Counted from the stretch's first letter, positions 8,300 through 20,473 are shown. The stretch: DNA of 64,000 nucleotides from Candidatus Woesebacteria bacterium (GCA_013374855.1 CP055308.1:465833-529832), one strand, 5' to 3'. The notes: a model not told the origin generated them from the letters alone. Numbers and translations: made by a program.

Positions 8300-11062
8300 A
8301 TGTTTAGATTTCTTTCCAAGCTTATAGACCTGAATGCTCGTGAAGTGGAACGGCTTTCTCATGTTGTAGAAAAAATTAATTCTTTTGATGCAAAGGTTAA
8401 AAAACTAAAAGACTCCGATTTTGCTAAAAAAACTGCTGAGTTTAAAGAAAGATTAAGAAAAGGCGAGTCTTTTGATTTGATATTACCAGAGGCTTTTGCT
8501 GTTGTCAGAGAGGCTTCATGGCGCGCAATAGGCCTGCGGCATTTTGATGTACAATTGATGGCAGCAGTTGCTCTTTTTGAAGGTAAGGTGGCAGAACAAA
8601 AGACAGGAGAAGGGAAAACGCTTTCTGCAGTTCCTGCTCTTTATCTTCGTTCCCTTTTGGGGCGTGGTGCGCACTTGGTAACAGTTAATGATTATTTGGC
8701 CAGACGTGATGCAGGGTGGAATGGCCCAACATTTAATCTTCTTGGTCTTTCGGTTGGTGTGATTGTTCAGGAGGGAAAGTCTTTTGTTTTTAATCCTTCT
8801 TATTCAGAAAAGACTCATGGGGATGAGCGGCTTGAACATCTAAAACCAGCTGGCCGCAGGGAGGCTTATGAATGCGATATAACCTATGGTACAAACAACG
8901 AGTTTGGTTTTGATTATCTTCGTGATAATATGGCTCAGTCCCTTTCTGAGATTGTTCAGTCCTGCCCTCTTGTCAAAGAAACCGGCGATAAAAAGCATTT
9001 GGGTGAGCATTATTTTGCAGTAGTTGATGAGGTGGATTCTGTTTTGATAGATGAGGCGCGAACCCCCCTTATTATTTCAGCACCAGACACCGAACCTACG
9101 CAGAAGTATTATCAATTTGCTCAAATTGTGGAGAAATTGAATCCAGATACCGATTACAAGATAGACGAAAAGCAAAAAACTGCAACACTTACAGAACATG
9201 GTATTGCTAGAGTGGAGAAAATTTTAGGGGTTCCCAATCTTTATGAGAAAGATTTTGATGCAATACATCACATTGAAAATGCACTCCGGGCAAAAACGCT
9301 TTTTTTGAAAGACCGCGACTACATAGTAAAAGACAATCAGGTAATTATCGTTGATGAATTTACAGGTAGGCTTATGTTTGGTAGGCGATGGAGTGATGGT
9401 CTTCACCAAGCGGTTGAAGCAAAAGAGGGGGTTCCTATACAACAGGAGTCAAAAACACTTGCCACTATTTCTTTTCAGAATTATTTTAGGATGTATGAAG
9501 TGTTATCAGGAATGACAGGAACTGCGGCAACAGAGGCTGAAGAGTTTAGAAAAATTTACAAACTGGATGTTGTGGTTGTTCCGACGCACAAACCGATGAT
9601 CAGAAAAGATTATCCAGACCTTATATACAAAACTCTCCGTGCAAAGTATGGTGCAATAGTTTCTGACATTGAGGAAAAGTATAAAAAGGGGCAACCTGTT
9701 TTGGTTGGTACAACTTCCATTGAAAAAAACGAGATTATAAGCGAGTACTTAAAGAGGAAGAAAATTCCTCATAATGTTTTGAACGCCAAGAACCATGAAA
9801 AAGAAGCTCAAATTATTGCAAATGCTGGAAAACTCAGGGCAGTAACTGTTGCAACAAATATGGCAGGGCGTGGGGTAGATATAGTTTTGGGTGGCGCTGC
9901 TCCTGAGCGACCAAAAGGGGAAGATGTTTCTTCTTGGGAAAAGTCGGTTGAGTTTAAAAAATGGAGGGAGGAACATGATAAGGTTGTTTCTTTGGGGGGT
10001 CTTTATGTAATAGGTACAGAGCGCCATGAGTCAAGGAGGATTGATAATCAACTTCGGGGAAGATCTGGAAGGCAGGGAGATCCCGGCTCTTCAAGATTTT
10101 ATCTTTCGCTTGAGGATGATTTAATGAGAATTTTTGGTGGAGAAAGTATTAAGTCTTTAATGGATAGACTTTCAATTCCCGAAGACCAGCCAATAGAAAA
10201 CAAACTTATCTCAAAGGCGATAGAACAAGCGCAAGTTAAGGTGGAAGGGTTTAATTTTGATATCAGAAAAAGCGTTGTTGAGTACGATGATGTTGCAAAT
10301 CAACAAAGAGAGGTTGTTTATAGACTGAGGCGTAAAGTTTTAGAAGCGGAGGACTTAAAAGAGGAAATAACTAAGAAACTTAAGAAGAAGATTGATAAAA
10401 TTGTCTCTTCATCTCTTGCGGTTGGTGAGATTAAAGAAAAGATTGATTATGATTTTATATTGGCTGGAATTTTGGAAGTTGTTCCTTTTGATGATATTTC
10501 GAAAGGACAGGTTAAGAAGCAACTTTTGGATTTAAAGACAAAGAGTGAAGTTTATGAATTTTTAGAAAAGCTTGTTTTGAGTGTTTATGAGTCAAGGGAG
10601 AAACAATATGGCAAGGAAATTTGTTTACAAATGGATAGATTTGCCTATCTTTCTTCAATTGATCATTTTTGGATAGAGCACATTGATTACCTTGATAGTC
10701 TCAGAGAGAATGTTCGGCTTCAGGCTTATGCTCAAAAGGATCCTTTGGTTGAGTTTAAGAATGAAGCTTATAATTCTTTTGAGACCTTGGTTGAGCGAAT
10801 TGATGATGAGGTGGTGCGGAGAGTTTTTAGAATTGGAGTTGCACAACAGCCTCAAGAAATTCCAGTGGAGAGAATGGAAACCAATGTTGACAGGGGTGAT
10901 ATGATGGGTTTGCTGGGGAATACTTCAGGTTTGGGATCTGTATCAGAAGCCTCTTTATCTTCAACTGGGCAGACAAAATCTAAAAAAGTTGGTCGCAACG
11001 ATCCTTGCCCATGTGGAAGCGGAAAAAAATACAAGAAGTGTTGTTATCCGAAGTATGGGTGA
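8300..11062 (+). CDS. secA: Preprotein translocase ATPase SecA
   Basis: AEQKTGEGKT, VDEVDSVLIDEARTPLIIS, ATNMAGRG, RSGRQGDPGSS, C-terminal SEC-C GRNDPCPCGSGKKYKKCC. Confidence 0.99.
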   Translation: MFRFLSKLIDLNAREVERLSHVVEKINSFDAKVKKLKDSDFAKKTAEFKERLRKGESFDLILPEAFAVVREASWRAIGLRHFDVQLMAAVALFEGKVAEQKTGEGKTLSAVPALYLRSLLGRGAHLVTVNDYLARRDAGWNGPTFNLLGLSVGVIVQEGKSFVFNPSYSEKTHGDERLEHLKPAGRREAYECDITYGTNNEFGFDYLRDNMAQSLSEIVQSCPLVKETGDKKHLGEHYFAVVDEVDSVLIDEARTPLIISAPDTEPTQKYYQFAQIVEKLNPDTDYKIDEKQKTATLTEHGIARVEKILGVPNLYEKDFDAIHHIENALRAKTLFLKDRDYIVKDNQVIIVDEFTGRLMFGRRWSDGLHQAVEAKEGVPIQQESKTLATISFQNYFRMYEVLSGMTGTAATEAEEFRKIYKLDVVVVPTHKPMIRKDYPDLIYKTLRAKYGAIVSDIEEKYKKGQPVLVGTTSIEKNEIISEYLKRKKIPHNVLNAKNHEKEAQIIANAGKLRAVTVATNMAGRGVDIVLGGAAPERPKGEDVSSWEKSVEFKKWREEHDKVVSLGGLYVIGTERHESRRIDNQLRGRSGRQGDPGSSRFYLSLEDDLMRIFGGESIKSLMDRLSIPEDQPIENKLISKAIEQAQVKVEGFNFDIRKSVVEYDDVANQQREVVYRLRRKVLEAEDLKEEITKKLKKKIDKIVSSSLAVGEIKEKIDYDFILAGILEVVPFDDISKGQVKKQLLDLKTKSEVYEFLEKLVLSVYESREKQYGKEICLQMDRFAYLSSIDHFWIEHIDYLDSLRENVRLQAYAQKDPLVEFKNEAYNSFETLVERIDDEVVRRVFRIGVAQQPQEIPVERMETNVDRGDMMGLLGNTSGLGSVSEASLSSTGQTKSKKVGRNDPCPCGSGKKYKKCCYPKYG

Positions 11063-11113
11063 AAAGGAATTTCAAAAGCTCCTTCAAGGGAGATTATTCT
11101 AAAAAAGCTGCTT

Positions 11114-11404
11114 TTAAATTTTAGTAATACCTGAGTTTTTCTCTATTTTCGTAGTTTTGGAAAAACGTTTTTCCAAAAAAGCAAGAAGTTTTCCTTTGTC
11201 CAGATCAAAGCGGTTTAGGTAGAAGACATAAAGGATCTCTAGAATACCTAATGTATTGAATATAAGCATTATTAAAAACCACAGAAGCTGCTTTTTTTGA
11301 CTTGATTTCCATAGTGCCAGTCCTTTCCAGATTATAGTCCAGAAAAAAAGAAAATAGATAAATAAAGGATTGTATAGTATTTGAGTGTAGTCAAAATTAT
11401 TCAC
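11114..11404 (-). CDS. DUF5652-like small membrane protein
   Basis: WTIIWKGLALWKSSQKKQ..WF....NTLGILEILY pattern. Confidence 0.75.
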   Translation of the reverse strand: MNNFDYTQILYNPLFIYFLFFWTIIWKGLALWKSSQKKQLLWFLIMLIFNTLGILEILYVFYLNRFDLDKGKLLAFLEKRFSKTTKIEKNSGITKI

Positions 11405-11483
11405 TGTTTTATTATTTAACAGTAAAGTTTTCTTGTCAAATCTGAAACTTTTTGACTCCTAATAGTTGATGTTTTACAATTTT

Positions 11484-11511
11484 TGTTTCGATGTATTAAT
11501 ACATCGAAACA
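11484..11511. repeat. 28-bp perfect palindrome, variant A, copy 1
   Basis: TGTTTCGATGTATTAATACATCGAAACA; identical to copies at 53191 and 59053. Confidence 0.97.
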
Positions 11512-11560
11512 TTAGAATGGCATTATGGAGAATGCTTGAATTTGTTAGAATTAGAATTAG

Positions 11561-13305
<1,745 letters not shown>

Positions 13306-13388
13306 CTCTTAACGATTTCTTGTTTGATAACTTTCTTTGAAAAGTTACTTCTTTAATTATAGAATGGATTGGGAAAAATTGTAAACAG

Positions 13389-13859
13389 ATGAAAGTAAAA
13401 GTACTATTTTTTTCTTTATTTGGAGCTTTTTTAGCTGGTGCCATTGGTTCACTTTTTACTTTTCCTGCGATTCCTGTTTGGTATGAATCTTTAAAGAAAC
13501 CTTCTTTTTCCCCACCAAATTTTGTTTTTGGGCCTGTTTGGACAATGCTTTATATGCTTATGGGAATTTCTTTTTATCTTGTCCTTTCTAAAACAAAAGA
13601 TAAAAAGTTAAAGAAGGATTTGGTCTTAATATACACAATTCAGCTTATTTTAAATACTTTTTGGTCGATTGCTTTCTTTGGATTAAGAAGTCCTTTTCTT
13701 GGGGCTGTTGTTATAGTTTCTCTTTGGTTTGCGATAGTGGTGATGATTATTAAGTTTTTCAGAGTATTGCCTCTTGCTGGCGCTTTAAACCTTCCCTATC
13801 TTTTATGGGTTAGTTTTGCCGGGTATCTTAATTTTTGGGTTTATTATTTAAATTTGTAG
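13389..13859 (+). CDS. tspO: TspO/MBR family tryptophan-rich sensory protein
   Basis: WYESLKKPSFSPPNFVFGPVWT, QLILNTFWS..FF, PYLLWVSFA. Confidence 0.95.
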   Translation: MKVKVLFFSLFGAFLAGAIGSLFTFPAIPVWYESLKKPSFSPPNFVFGPVWTMLYMLMGISFYLVLSKTKDKKLKKDLVLIYTIQLILNTFWSIAFFGLRSPFLGAVVIVSLWFAIVVMIIKFFRVLPLAGALNLPYLLWVSFAGYLNFWVYYLNL

Positions 13860-13896
13860 ATTGTTTCGTTTTTCTTTTTGTGGCAGTATAAGTGTT

Positions 13897-14424
13897 GTGG
13901 AAGAAAGCAAAGTGAGTATTAATTTTGGATTTATTATTTTTTTGTTTTTGTTGTTTGTTGGTTTTATTGTAGTGGTGTTTTCTTTTAGCAAAGAGGATAA
14001 ACTCAGAGCTACACCTACTCCAAATAACGAAATAAAAATTAATTTAGGTGGCGATAGTGAGACTTTGGAGAAAGAATCGCAAAGTAATGTTGCGTCTGAT
14101 CTCCAGATAGAAGATTTGGTGGTAGGTCAAGGAAAAGAAGCGCAAGTTGGAAATAAGGTGACTGTTAATTATAAAGGGATGTTGGCTGATGGTACGGAAT
14201 TTGATAGTTCTTACAAAAGAAGCAAACCTTTTTCTTTTGTTTTGGGCCAGAATCAAGTAATACAAGGATGGGAAAGGGGAATTTTGGGAATGAAAGAAGG
14301 GGGTAAAAGAAAGCTTATTATTCCACCATCACTAGGTTATGGCTCGCAACAAGTGGGTTTGATCCCTCCTAATTCCGTTCTTATTTTTGAGGTAGAACTT
14401 CTTGCTGTAGAACTTGCTGACTGA
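13897..14424 (+). CDS. Membrane-anchored FKBP-type peptidyl-prolyl isomerase
   Basis: VTVNYKG.L.DGTEFDSS, VIQGWERG..GMKEGGKRKLIIPPSLGYG, LIFEVEL; start uncertain. Confidence 0.93.
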   Translation: MEESKVSINFGFIIFLFLLFVGFIVVVFSFSKEDKLRATPTPNNEIKINLGGDSETLEKESQSNVASDLQIEDLVVGQGKEAQVGNKVTVNYKGMLADGTEFDSSYKRSKPFSFVLGQNQVIQGWERGILGMKEGGKRKLIIPPSLGYGSQQVGLIPPNSVLIFEVELLAVELAD

Positions 14425-14481
14425 GAATTTTTATCTTTGTCAAGTTAGAGTTTTTGTTATTTTATTGATATTATTTAGTTA

Positions 14482-16923
14482 ATGGGCTATTTTTTTTGGT
14501 ATTACCAAGAGGGTGTTTTTCTTCTTATAAAGAAGTGGATTTTGTTCCTTAAGTCAGTTATTTATTATTTTTCACCTCTTCATCTTTTAAAGAGTCTGTT
14601 TGCCCCCTGGAAAAGAATGGTCATAACCTATGAGGAAGCGGGTTTTAATCTCCAAAAATATATTGAGGTGATAACTTTTAATTTTATATCTCGTTTTATT
14701 GGAGCATTTGTTAGATTTTTCCTTCTTATAACAGGTCTTCTGGTTTTTGTTATCTGTTTTGTGATGGGTGCGTTGCTTATTCCTTTTTATTTATTGCCTT
14801 TTTGGGGAATTCCCGATTATCAAAGATATCATTTGCGACCTGAAGTTTATTTGTCAAAATTTTTTAGAGACAAAAACGAGGAGAATTTTCGTAATTTTTT
14901 TGCAAGGGATGCTGGCAAATTTTTTTTGGATCATATTGGAATTTCACTTGACGATTTTCTGTCCGTGACAAATGTAAATCCTTCTTTATTTGCAGAAATG
15001 CCTGTTGATTCTTTTGAAAAGCTTGTTTCCTACCTTGTCTCAAATAAAGTTTGGAATGATGATTTTTTTATAAAATTAGGGATTTCTCCTGAAGATTTTG
15101 TTAAGGTGGCTGCTTGGTGGGATAATCTGGCAAAGCAGAAGTCTGGTGTAATGGAGAAGCCTTCCTATCCTTCTGGTCTTGCACTTGAGCTTTTGACAGG
15201 TTATACGCCAGAGCTTAATAAATATTCGACAGATCTAACTGCCCCCCTTGATTTTTCGGAAAGATTGATTGGCAGATCCTCTGTTGTTGAGAGAATGGAG
15301 AGATCTCTTAGTGCAGGAAGAAGTATTTTTCTTTCTGGTCCTTCGGGGATTGGCAAAAAAACGATCGTTCTTGAGTTTGCGAGGAAATCTTCCCGCGGCG
15401 AGTTAGGGAGACCGATGGCTTATAAGAGAATTCTAGAGTTTGATTATAATCTCTTGCTAGCAGAATCAATTGATCTTAATGCTAAAAAAGCGAAGCTGGA
15501 TCAGATTTTTCAAGAAGCATCTTATGCGGGGAATGTTATTTTGGTAATAAGGGATATTCATAGGATTACAAACCTTTCTTTTGAGGGATACGATTTTACT
15601 GATGTTTTTGAGAGGTATCTTGAGAAAGGACGTCTTCTTATCATCTCTATCTTAACCACTAAGGATTATGAGAGATTTGTTTCTCAAAACTTAAAATTGA
15701 GGAGGTTTTTTGATTTGATAGAAGCAGAACAACCTACAAAAGAAGAGGCTTTTGAAATAATTATAAATCTTGCTGCGAAATACGAGAAGGAAAAAGGAGT
15801 TGTAATTCCTATTTTTGTTTTAAGAAAGATTCTTGAAGAGTCCGATCGCTACGTTACGGAGACTCCGTTTCCTGAAAAAGTTCTGGAACTTCTTGAGGCT
15901 GTGGTTGTTTATTGCTTGCAGAAAAAGAATTTTGTTATAGGAATAGCGGATGTTGATGTGGTTTTGACAGAAAGAACGGGAATTCCATTTGAGGTTACCA
16001 GGTCGCAAAAAGATAAACTATCGAATTTGGAGGAGATAATTCACGAGCGCTTAGTTGATCAGGAACTTGCAGTTTCATTGATTGCTAAAACTTTAAGGTC
16101 TAAGACATTAAAAGTAGTTGATGATAGAAGGCCAATAGGGTCTTTTCTTTTTCTTGGACCAACTGGTGTTGGTAAAACTGAAGTGGCTAAAATTTTATCC
16201 AGAGTTTATTTTGGTTCAGAGAGTGAAATAATCAGGTTTGATATGGCAGAATTTGCGGGAAGAGAGGGCTTGGAAAGATTAATTGGCTCACTTTCATTAA
16301 ACCAGCCTGGACTTCTTGCTACCAGCATAAAGAAAAACCCTGCCTCTCTTTTGCTTCTTGATGAAATAGAAAAGTCGTCAAGAGAGATAATGAATGTTTT
16401 TCTTTCAGTTCTTGATGAAGGTTCATTTACAGATGTGTTTGGCAATAAAATTGTCTGTAGAAACCTTTTTATCATAGGAACTTCAAACGCGGGTGCTGAA
16501 TATATAAGACAATTGGTTTCTTCTGGTGTGCCAAAGGAAAAGATGCAAAAGCAGGTTGTAGATTATGTTTTAAAAGAGAACATTTTTTCTCCTGAATTTT
16601 TGAATAGATTTGATGGGGTAGTGGTTTTTAATCCACTTTCTCCTTCTGATTTGGAAAAAATTGCTTCCCTGATGCTTTCTGAGCTGGCTGATAACTTAAA
16701 AAATAAAGGTTTGGGGGTTGAAATTGCTCCTGAGGCAGTCAAGAAACTTGCCTTGGAAGGTTATCAACCTGAATTCGGCGCAAGACCTATGAAAAGAATA
16801 ATAAACTTGGTACTTGGAGATCTTTTTGGAAAAGCTTTACTTAATGGAGAGATAAAGTCTGGTGATAGGATAAGGCTTACCGCTAGAGAGGCTCATGAAG
16901 AGTTTGTTATAGAGAAGATATAA
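14482..16923 (+). CDS. ClpA/B-family AAA+ ATPase with N-terminal membrane domain
   Basis: AAA-2 RPIGSFLFLGPTGVGKTE, LLLLDEIEK, FSPEFLNRFD, FGARPM; degenerate AAA-1; hydrophobic N-terminus. Confidence 0.88.
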   Translation: MGYFFWYYQEGVFLLIKKWILFLKSVIYYFSPLHLLKSLFAPWKRMVITYEEAGFNLQKYIEVITFNFISRFIGAFVRFFLLITGLLVFVICFVMGALLIPFYLLPFWGIPDYQRYHLRPEVYLSKFFRDKNEENFRNFFARDAGKFFLDHIGISLDDFLSVTNVNPSLFAEMPVDSFEKLVSYLVSNKVWNDDFFIKLGISPEDFVKVAAWWDNLAKQKSGVMEKPSYPSGLALELLTGYTPELNKYSTDLTAPLDFSERLIGRSSVVERMERSLSAGRSIFLSGPSGIGKKTIVLEFARKSSRGELGRPMAYKRILEFDYNLLLAESIDLNAKKAKLDQIFQEASYAGNVILVIRDIHRITNLSFEGYDFTDVFERYLEKGRLLIISILTTKDYERFVSQNLKLRRFFDLIEAEQPTKEEAFEIIINLAAKYEKEKGVVIPIFVLRKILEESDRYVTETPFPEKVLELLEAVVVYCLQKKNFVIGIADVDVVLTERTGIPFEVTRSQKDKLSNLEEIIHERLVDQELAVSLIAKTLRSKTLKVVDDRRPIGSFLFLGPTGVGKTEVAKILSRVYFGSESEIIRFDMAEFAGREGLERLIGSLSLNQPGLLATSIKKNPASLLLLDEIEKSSREIMNVFLSVLDEGSFTDVFGNKIVCRNLFIIGTSNAGAEYIRQLVSSGVPKEKMQKQVVDYVLKENIFSPEFLNRFDGVVVFNPLSPSDLEKIASLMLSELADNLKNKGLGVEIAPEAVKKLALEGYQPEFGARPMKRIINLVLGDLFGKALLNGEIKSGDRIRLTAREAHEEFVIEKI

Positions 16924-16968
16924 GTTTTCTTGACAAAGTGTATCTTTCTTTGTATATTTGCCATTACT

Positions 16969-17640
16969 ATGGACAGCATCCCTTTAGAGGAACAACAGCA
17001 AGTTACTTCTCCTGTTTCTCCTGTTTCAACAAGACCTGATTATCCAAGGCAAAAAGGCAAAAAAACTATTGGTCTTGTGTTGTTTCTTATATCGCTGGTT
17101 ATAATTGGTGGAGCTGTCTTTTATTTTGTTTCCCTCCAGAAAGGAGCGGAGAAAAGTGAGGAGAAAAAAACTCCTGAACCTTTTGTGGTTCAGCAGGATG
17201 AAATTATACCAACTCCGACTGAAGAAGCAAAGAAAGAGGAAGAAGAAGTTGTGGATAAGAAGTCTATTTCTATTTTCGTACTGAATGGAACAGGTATTAC
17301 GGGTGAAGCAGCTTATTTGCAGGACAAACTTGAAAATTTAGGTTATACCAATGTAAAGGTAGGTAATGCCTCAAAACAGGATTATGAGGAAACTTTGGTT
17401 AAATTTTCTTCTACTCTTTCAAAGTCTTCGGTTGAGGAGATAACGAAAGAATTAAACAAAATTTACAAAAGTGTAAAAACACAAACTGGAGGTACAGGAT
17501 CTTTTGATGTAGAGATAACTACAGGATTAAGGTCAGGGCAAACACCTAAACCAACTGCATTACCAACAACCAGTCCAACTTCTACGCCAAAGGCAACTAC
17601 TACCCCTGTGCCAACTAAATCCCCTTCACCCACTCCCTAA
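16969..17640 (+). CDS. LytR C-terminal domain membrane protein with P/T-rich tail
   Basis: Single TM; IFVLNGTGITGEA..LQDKLENLGY..VGNA LytR_C motif. Confidence 0.82.
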   Translation: MDSIPLEEQQQVTSPVSPVSTRPDYPRQKGKKTIGLVLFLISLVIIGGAVFYFVSLQKGAEKSEEKKTPEPFVVQQDEIIPTPTEEAKKEEEEVVDKKSISIFVLNGTGITGEAAYLQDKLENLGYTNVKVGNASKQDYEETLVKFSSTLSKSSVEEITKELNKIYKSVKTQTGGTGSFDVEITTGLRSGQTPKPTALPTTSPTSTPKATTTPVPTKSPSPTP

Positions 17641-17666
17641 ACTTGTTTTTATGCTAATATTTTAGT

Positions 17667-18137
17667 ATGGACTTGGATAGGTTAAGGTCTTTTCTCCAAA
17701 CACAGTCATTGCATTATAAAGTAGGAAAGTTTGAGATCTCACCTTCTTATTCTCAGGCGGCAATTGTTCTCGTGCTTACTTTTTTATTTTTGCTTTCCTT
17801 AGCACGAGTTCGAAGGATGTTTATTCATTGGAGCCTTGGCAGACATTCTATTGCAATTTTTGTGTGGGGTTTTATAGTAGCTCTTATTGTAGAAGGATTC
17901 TTTATTTTAGCAGGCAGAACTATGTTTACCGAAGTTCTAGGATTGAAAAATGTTCCCAAACCAATATCCTCTTTTATTGAATTGGGAAGAAATAGAGTAT
18001 ATCAGGTGCTTGGGGAAAGTGTTGAGATAAAAGAATCTTCAGCTGTAGGAGGGCAGAATGCTGAATCTTTAATAAAAACATTTTTCCTTCTTGATAAGAA
18101 TGAACAGAAAGAAGTGAAAGACAGAATTTGCAGGTAA
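17667..18137 (+). CDS. Hypothetical membrane protein
   Basis: Two TM segments, QVLGES motif. Confidence 0.7.
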   Translation: MDLDRLRSFLQTQSLHYKVGKFEISPSYSQAAIVLVLTFLFLLSLARVRRMFIHWSLGRHSIAIFVWGFIVALIVEGFFILAGRTMFTEVLGLKNVPKPISSFIELGRNRVYQVLGESVEIKESSAVGGQNAESLIKTFFLLDKNEQKEVKDRICR

Positions 18138-18148
18138 TTTTAAATAAG

Positions 18149-19228
18149 ATGCCGGAGATAAAGTCAAGACTTGAAGAAATAAACTCTCTACTTTCTCAGA
18201 TTAAGAGAAACCTTAATATTGAGGAGAAAAAAGTAAGAATTAGGCAACTGCATGCGGAATCAATTTCTCCTGAATTTTGGAGTGATCAGGAAAAAGCTAA
18301 GTCCGTAATGCAGGAAATAGGCAATCTGACTGATCTTGTTGAAAAGATAGAAAAACTTGAAGGGGAAACAAAGACTTTGCTTGAGTTTGTTCGCGAAAGC
18401 AAAGATGATGATGAATTTGAGGCTGATGTTGCTGCCCTTGAGAAGAAAGTGAAAGAGCTTAAAATTGCTTCTTTTTTAAGTGGTCCCTACGATGCGGGCA
18501 ATGCAATTGTTAGTATCCATGCGGGACAAGGTGGAACGGAAGCTATGGATTGGGCAAGTATGCTTTATCGTATGTATCTTCGCTACGCGGAAAGAAAGGG
18601 TTTTTCAGTTGAGACTCTTGATATAACAGAAGGAGAAGGGGCAGGGATTAAAAGTGTAACTTTTAAGGTTTTAGGACCATTTGCTTTTGGATATTTGAGA
18701 GGTGAAAGTGGCACACATCGATTGGTTCGACAGTCTCCTTTTAATGCAGATAACCTTCGCCAGACTTCCTTTGCTTTGGTTGGGGTTTTACCGGAGATTA
18801 AAGATGTGGACAGCTCTGATATTGTTGTAAAAGATGAAGATTTAGAGTGGCAATTCTTTCGTTCTTCAAGTCAAGGTGGGCAGAATGTTCAAAAGGTTTC
18901 AACTGCTGTAAGGCTTCGTCATGTTCCAACAGGGATTGTGGTAACCTGTCAGACGGAGCGGTTCCAAGAGCAGAATAGAAAAATTGCTTTAGAGCTTTTG
19001 CGTGCTAAGCTTTGGGCGTTTGAGGAGGAAAAGAAAAATCAGAAAGTTCAGGAGATTCGCGGAGAGTATAGACCGGCTTCGTGGGGTAATCAAATAAGAA
19101 GTTATGTTCTTCATCCTTATAAAATGGTGAAGGATTTGAGAACTCAAGTTGAAGCCTCAGATCCGGATGCGGTATTAAATGGAGAAATTGATGAGTTTGT
19201 TGAGGCAGAGATTATAAACAGAAAGTGA
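18149..19228 (+). CDS. prfB: Peptide chain release factor 2
   Basis: GQGGTEAMDW, HRLVRQSPF (SPF recognition motif), GGQ, WGNQIRSYVLHPY. Confidence 0.97.
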   Translation: MPEIKSRLEEINSLLSQIKRNLNIEEKKVRIRQLHAESISPEFWSDQEKAKSVMQEIGNLTDLVEKIEKLEGETKTLLEFVRESKDDDEFEADVAALEKKVKELKIASFLSGPYDAGNAIVSIHAGQGGTEAMDWASMLYRMYLRYAERKGFSVETLDITEGEGAGIKSVTFKVLGPFAFGYLRGESGTHRLVRQSPFNADNLRQTSFALVGVLPEIKDVDSSDIVVKDEDLEWQFFRSSSQGGQNVQKVSTAVRLRHVPTGIVVTCQTERFQEQNRKIALELLRAKLWAFEEEKKNQKVQEIRGEYRPASWGNQIRSYVLHPYKMVKDLRTQVEASDPDAVLNGEIDEFVEAEIINRK

Positions 19229-19274
19229 TTTTCTTATTGAAATTTATTTACTATTAGTTTAAAGTGTTTTTGCA

Positions 19275-19760
19275 ATGGAAGAAAACCAGACGCCACCAGT
19301 TCAGCAATCAACTTCTCCATCATCTATCTCAGGCCAAAATTTGGTTAAGAAAGTGAGCCTTGCTAAATTTTCCACCAATTTACCTATTGTAATAGGATCT
19401 GTATTGGTAGTGGTTGCAGGAGTAATCACTGGTTGGTTCTTATCAGGTGGAATAAAAGGCAAAAAGCAAGGGGAAGCAAAGGTTCCTGTTTCTGTTCAGA
19501 CAGAAAAAGAGGCAGGTATTAAGGATGAGTCTGCTTTTCGCGATTCAGCAGAAGGTACTTTGAGACAGGGTGGAATAAATGGAGAGGGGACGCATCATCT
19601 AGAAAGAGAAGGCGGTCCATCACAAAATGTTTATTTAACCTCTTCAGTTATTGATTTGAGCGCTTTTGAAGGGAAAAGGGTCAAAGTTTGGGGGGAAACA
19701 ATTTCTGCGGCTAAGGCTGGCTGGTTTATGGATGTTGGGAGAATAAAAGTTGTGGAGTAA
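19275..19760 (+). CDS. Hypothetical single-TM protein with small beta (OB-like) domain
   Basis: One TM followed by GTHHL..VYLTSSVIDLSAFEGKRVKVWG. Confidence 0.7.
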   Translation: MEENQTPPVQQSTSPSSISGQNLVKKVSLAKFSTNLPIVIGSVLVVVAGVITGWFLSGGIKGKKQGEAKVPVSVQTEKEAGIKDESAFRDSAEGTLRQGGINGEGTHHLEREGGPSQNVYLTSSVIDLSAFEGKRVKVWGETISAAKAGWFMDVGRIKVVE

Positions 19761-19809
19761 AAAAGTTTCTTCTTGTCAGACTTCTTTAAATTTAGTATCT
19801 TAAAAGATA

Positions 19810-20469
19810 ATGCTTGTAGTAGAAAATGTTAGCAAGACTTATGGTGATATAGTTGCTTTAAAACCTGTTTCTTTTCGGGCAGACGAGGGCGAGCTTGTTT
19901 TTGTTACTGGTAAATCTGGGTCGGGCAAAACTACTCTTTTAAGGCTCATATTAAGGGAAATCCTTCCTACTACTGGAAAAATAGTTTTTAAAGATGCTGA
20001 TATTTTAACGCTGAAGGGTTCAGCTCTTTCTTCCTATCGCCAAAAAATTGGGGTGGTTTTTCAAGATTTTAAGGTGTTGCCGGAAAAGACGCTTCGGGAA
20101 AATGTTGAAATAGCTTTAGCCGTAGTTGGTGTTCCTTCATCTGAGTGGCAGAAAAGGGTTGATGATGTGCTAAAAATGGTCGGTCTTTTGGAGCGAAGTG
20201 AGCTTTTTCCTGTTCAGCTATCAGGTGGTGAGTTGCAGAGAGTTTCTTTAGCGCGTGCTTTGGTGGTTAATCCTGATATGATTTTGGCAGACGAGCCAAC
20301 AGGAAATCTTGATTGGCAGACATCAGATGAAATAATGAATCTTTTTATAAAAATAGTCCAATCAGGAAAATTGGTAATTATGGCTACGCACAACCTGTCT
20401 TTAGTTGAGAAATGTACTAAAATGGAGAAGGATAAGCTTAAGACAAAAGTTGTAAGTTTAGAGGAATAG
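19810..20469 (+). CDS. ftsE: Cell division ATP-binding protein FtsE
   Basis: GKSGSGKTT, IGVVFQDFK, LSGGELQRV, ADEPTGNLD; upstream of ftsX. Confidence 0.92.
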   Translation: MLVVENVSKTYGDIVALKPVSFRADEGELVFVTGKSGSGKTTLLRLILREILPTTGKIVFKDADILTLKGSALSSYRQKIGVVFQDFKVLPEKTLRENVEIALAVVGVPSSEWQKRVDDVLKMVGLLERSELFPVQLSGGELQRVSLARALVVNPDMILADEPTGNLDWQTSDEIMNLFIKIVQSGKLVIMATHNLSLVEKCTKMEKDKLKTKVVSLEE

Positions 20470-20473
20470 TTTT

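Noticed and set aside
11484-11511. 28-bp palindrome as the chromosomal dif site or a Rho-independent terminator
   Set aside because: It occurs in five copies, lacks the ATAA-N6-TTAT core of known dif sites, is AT-rich and loopless, and this copy lies between divergent genes; dif-like geometry is kept only as a hypothesis
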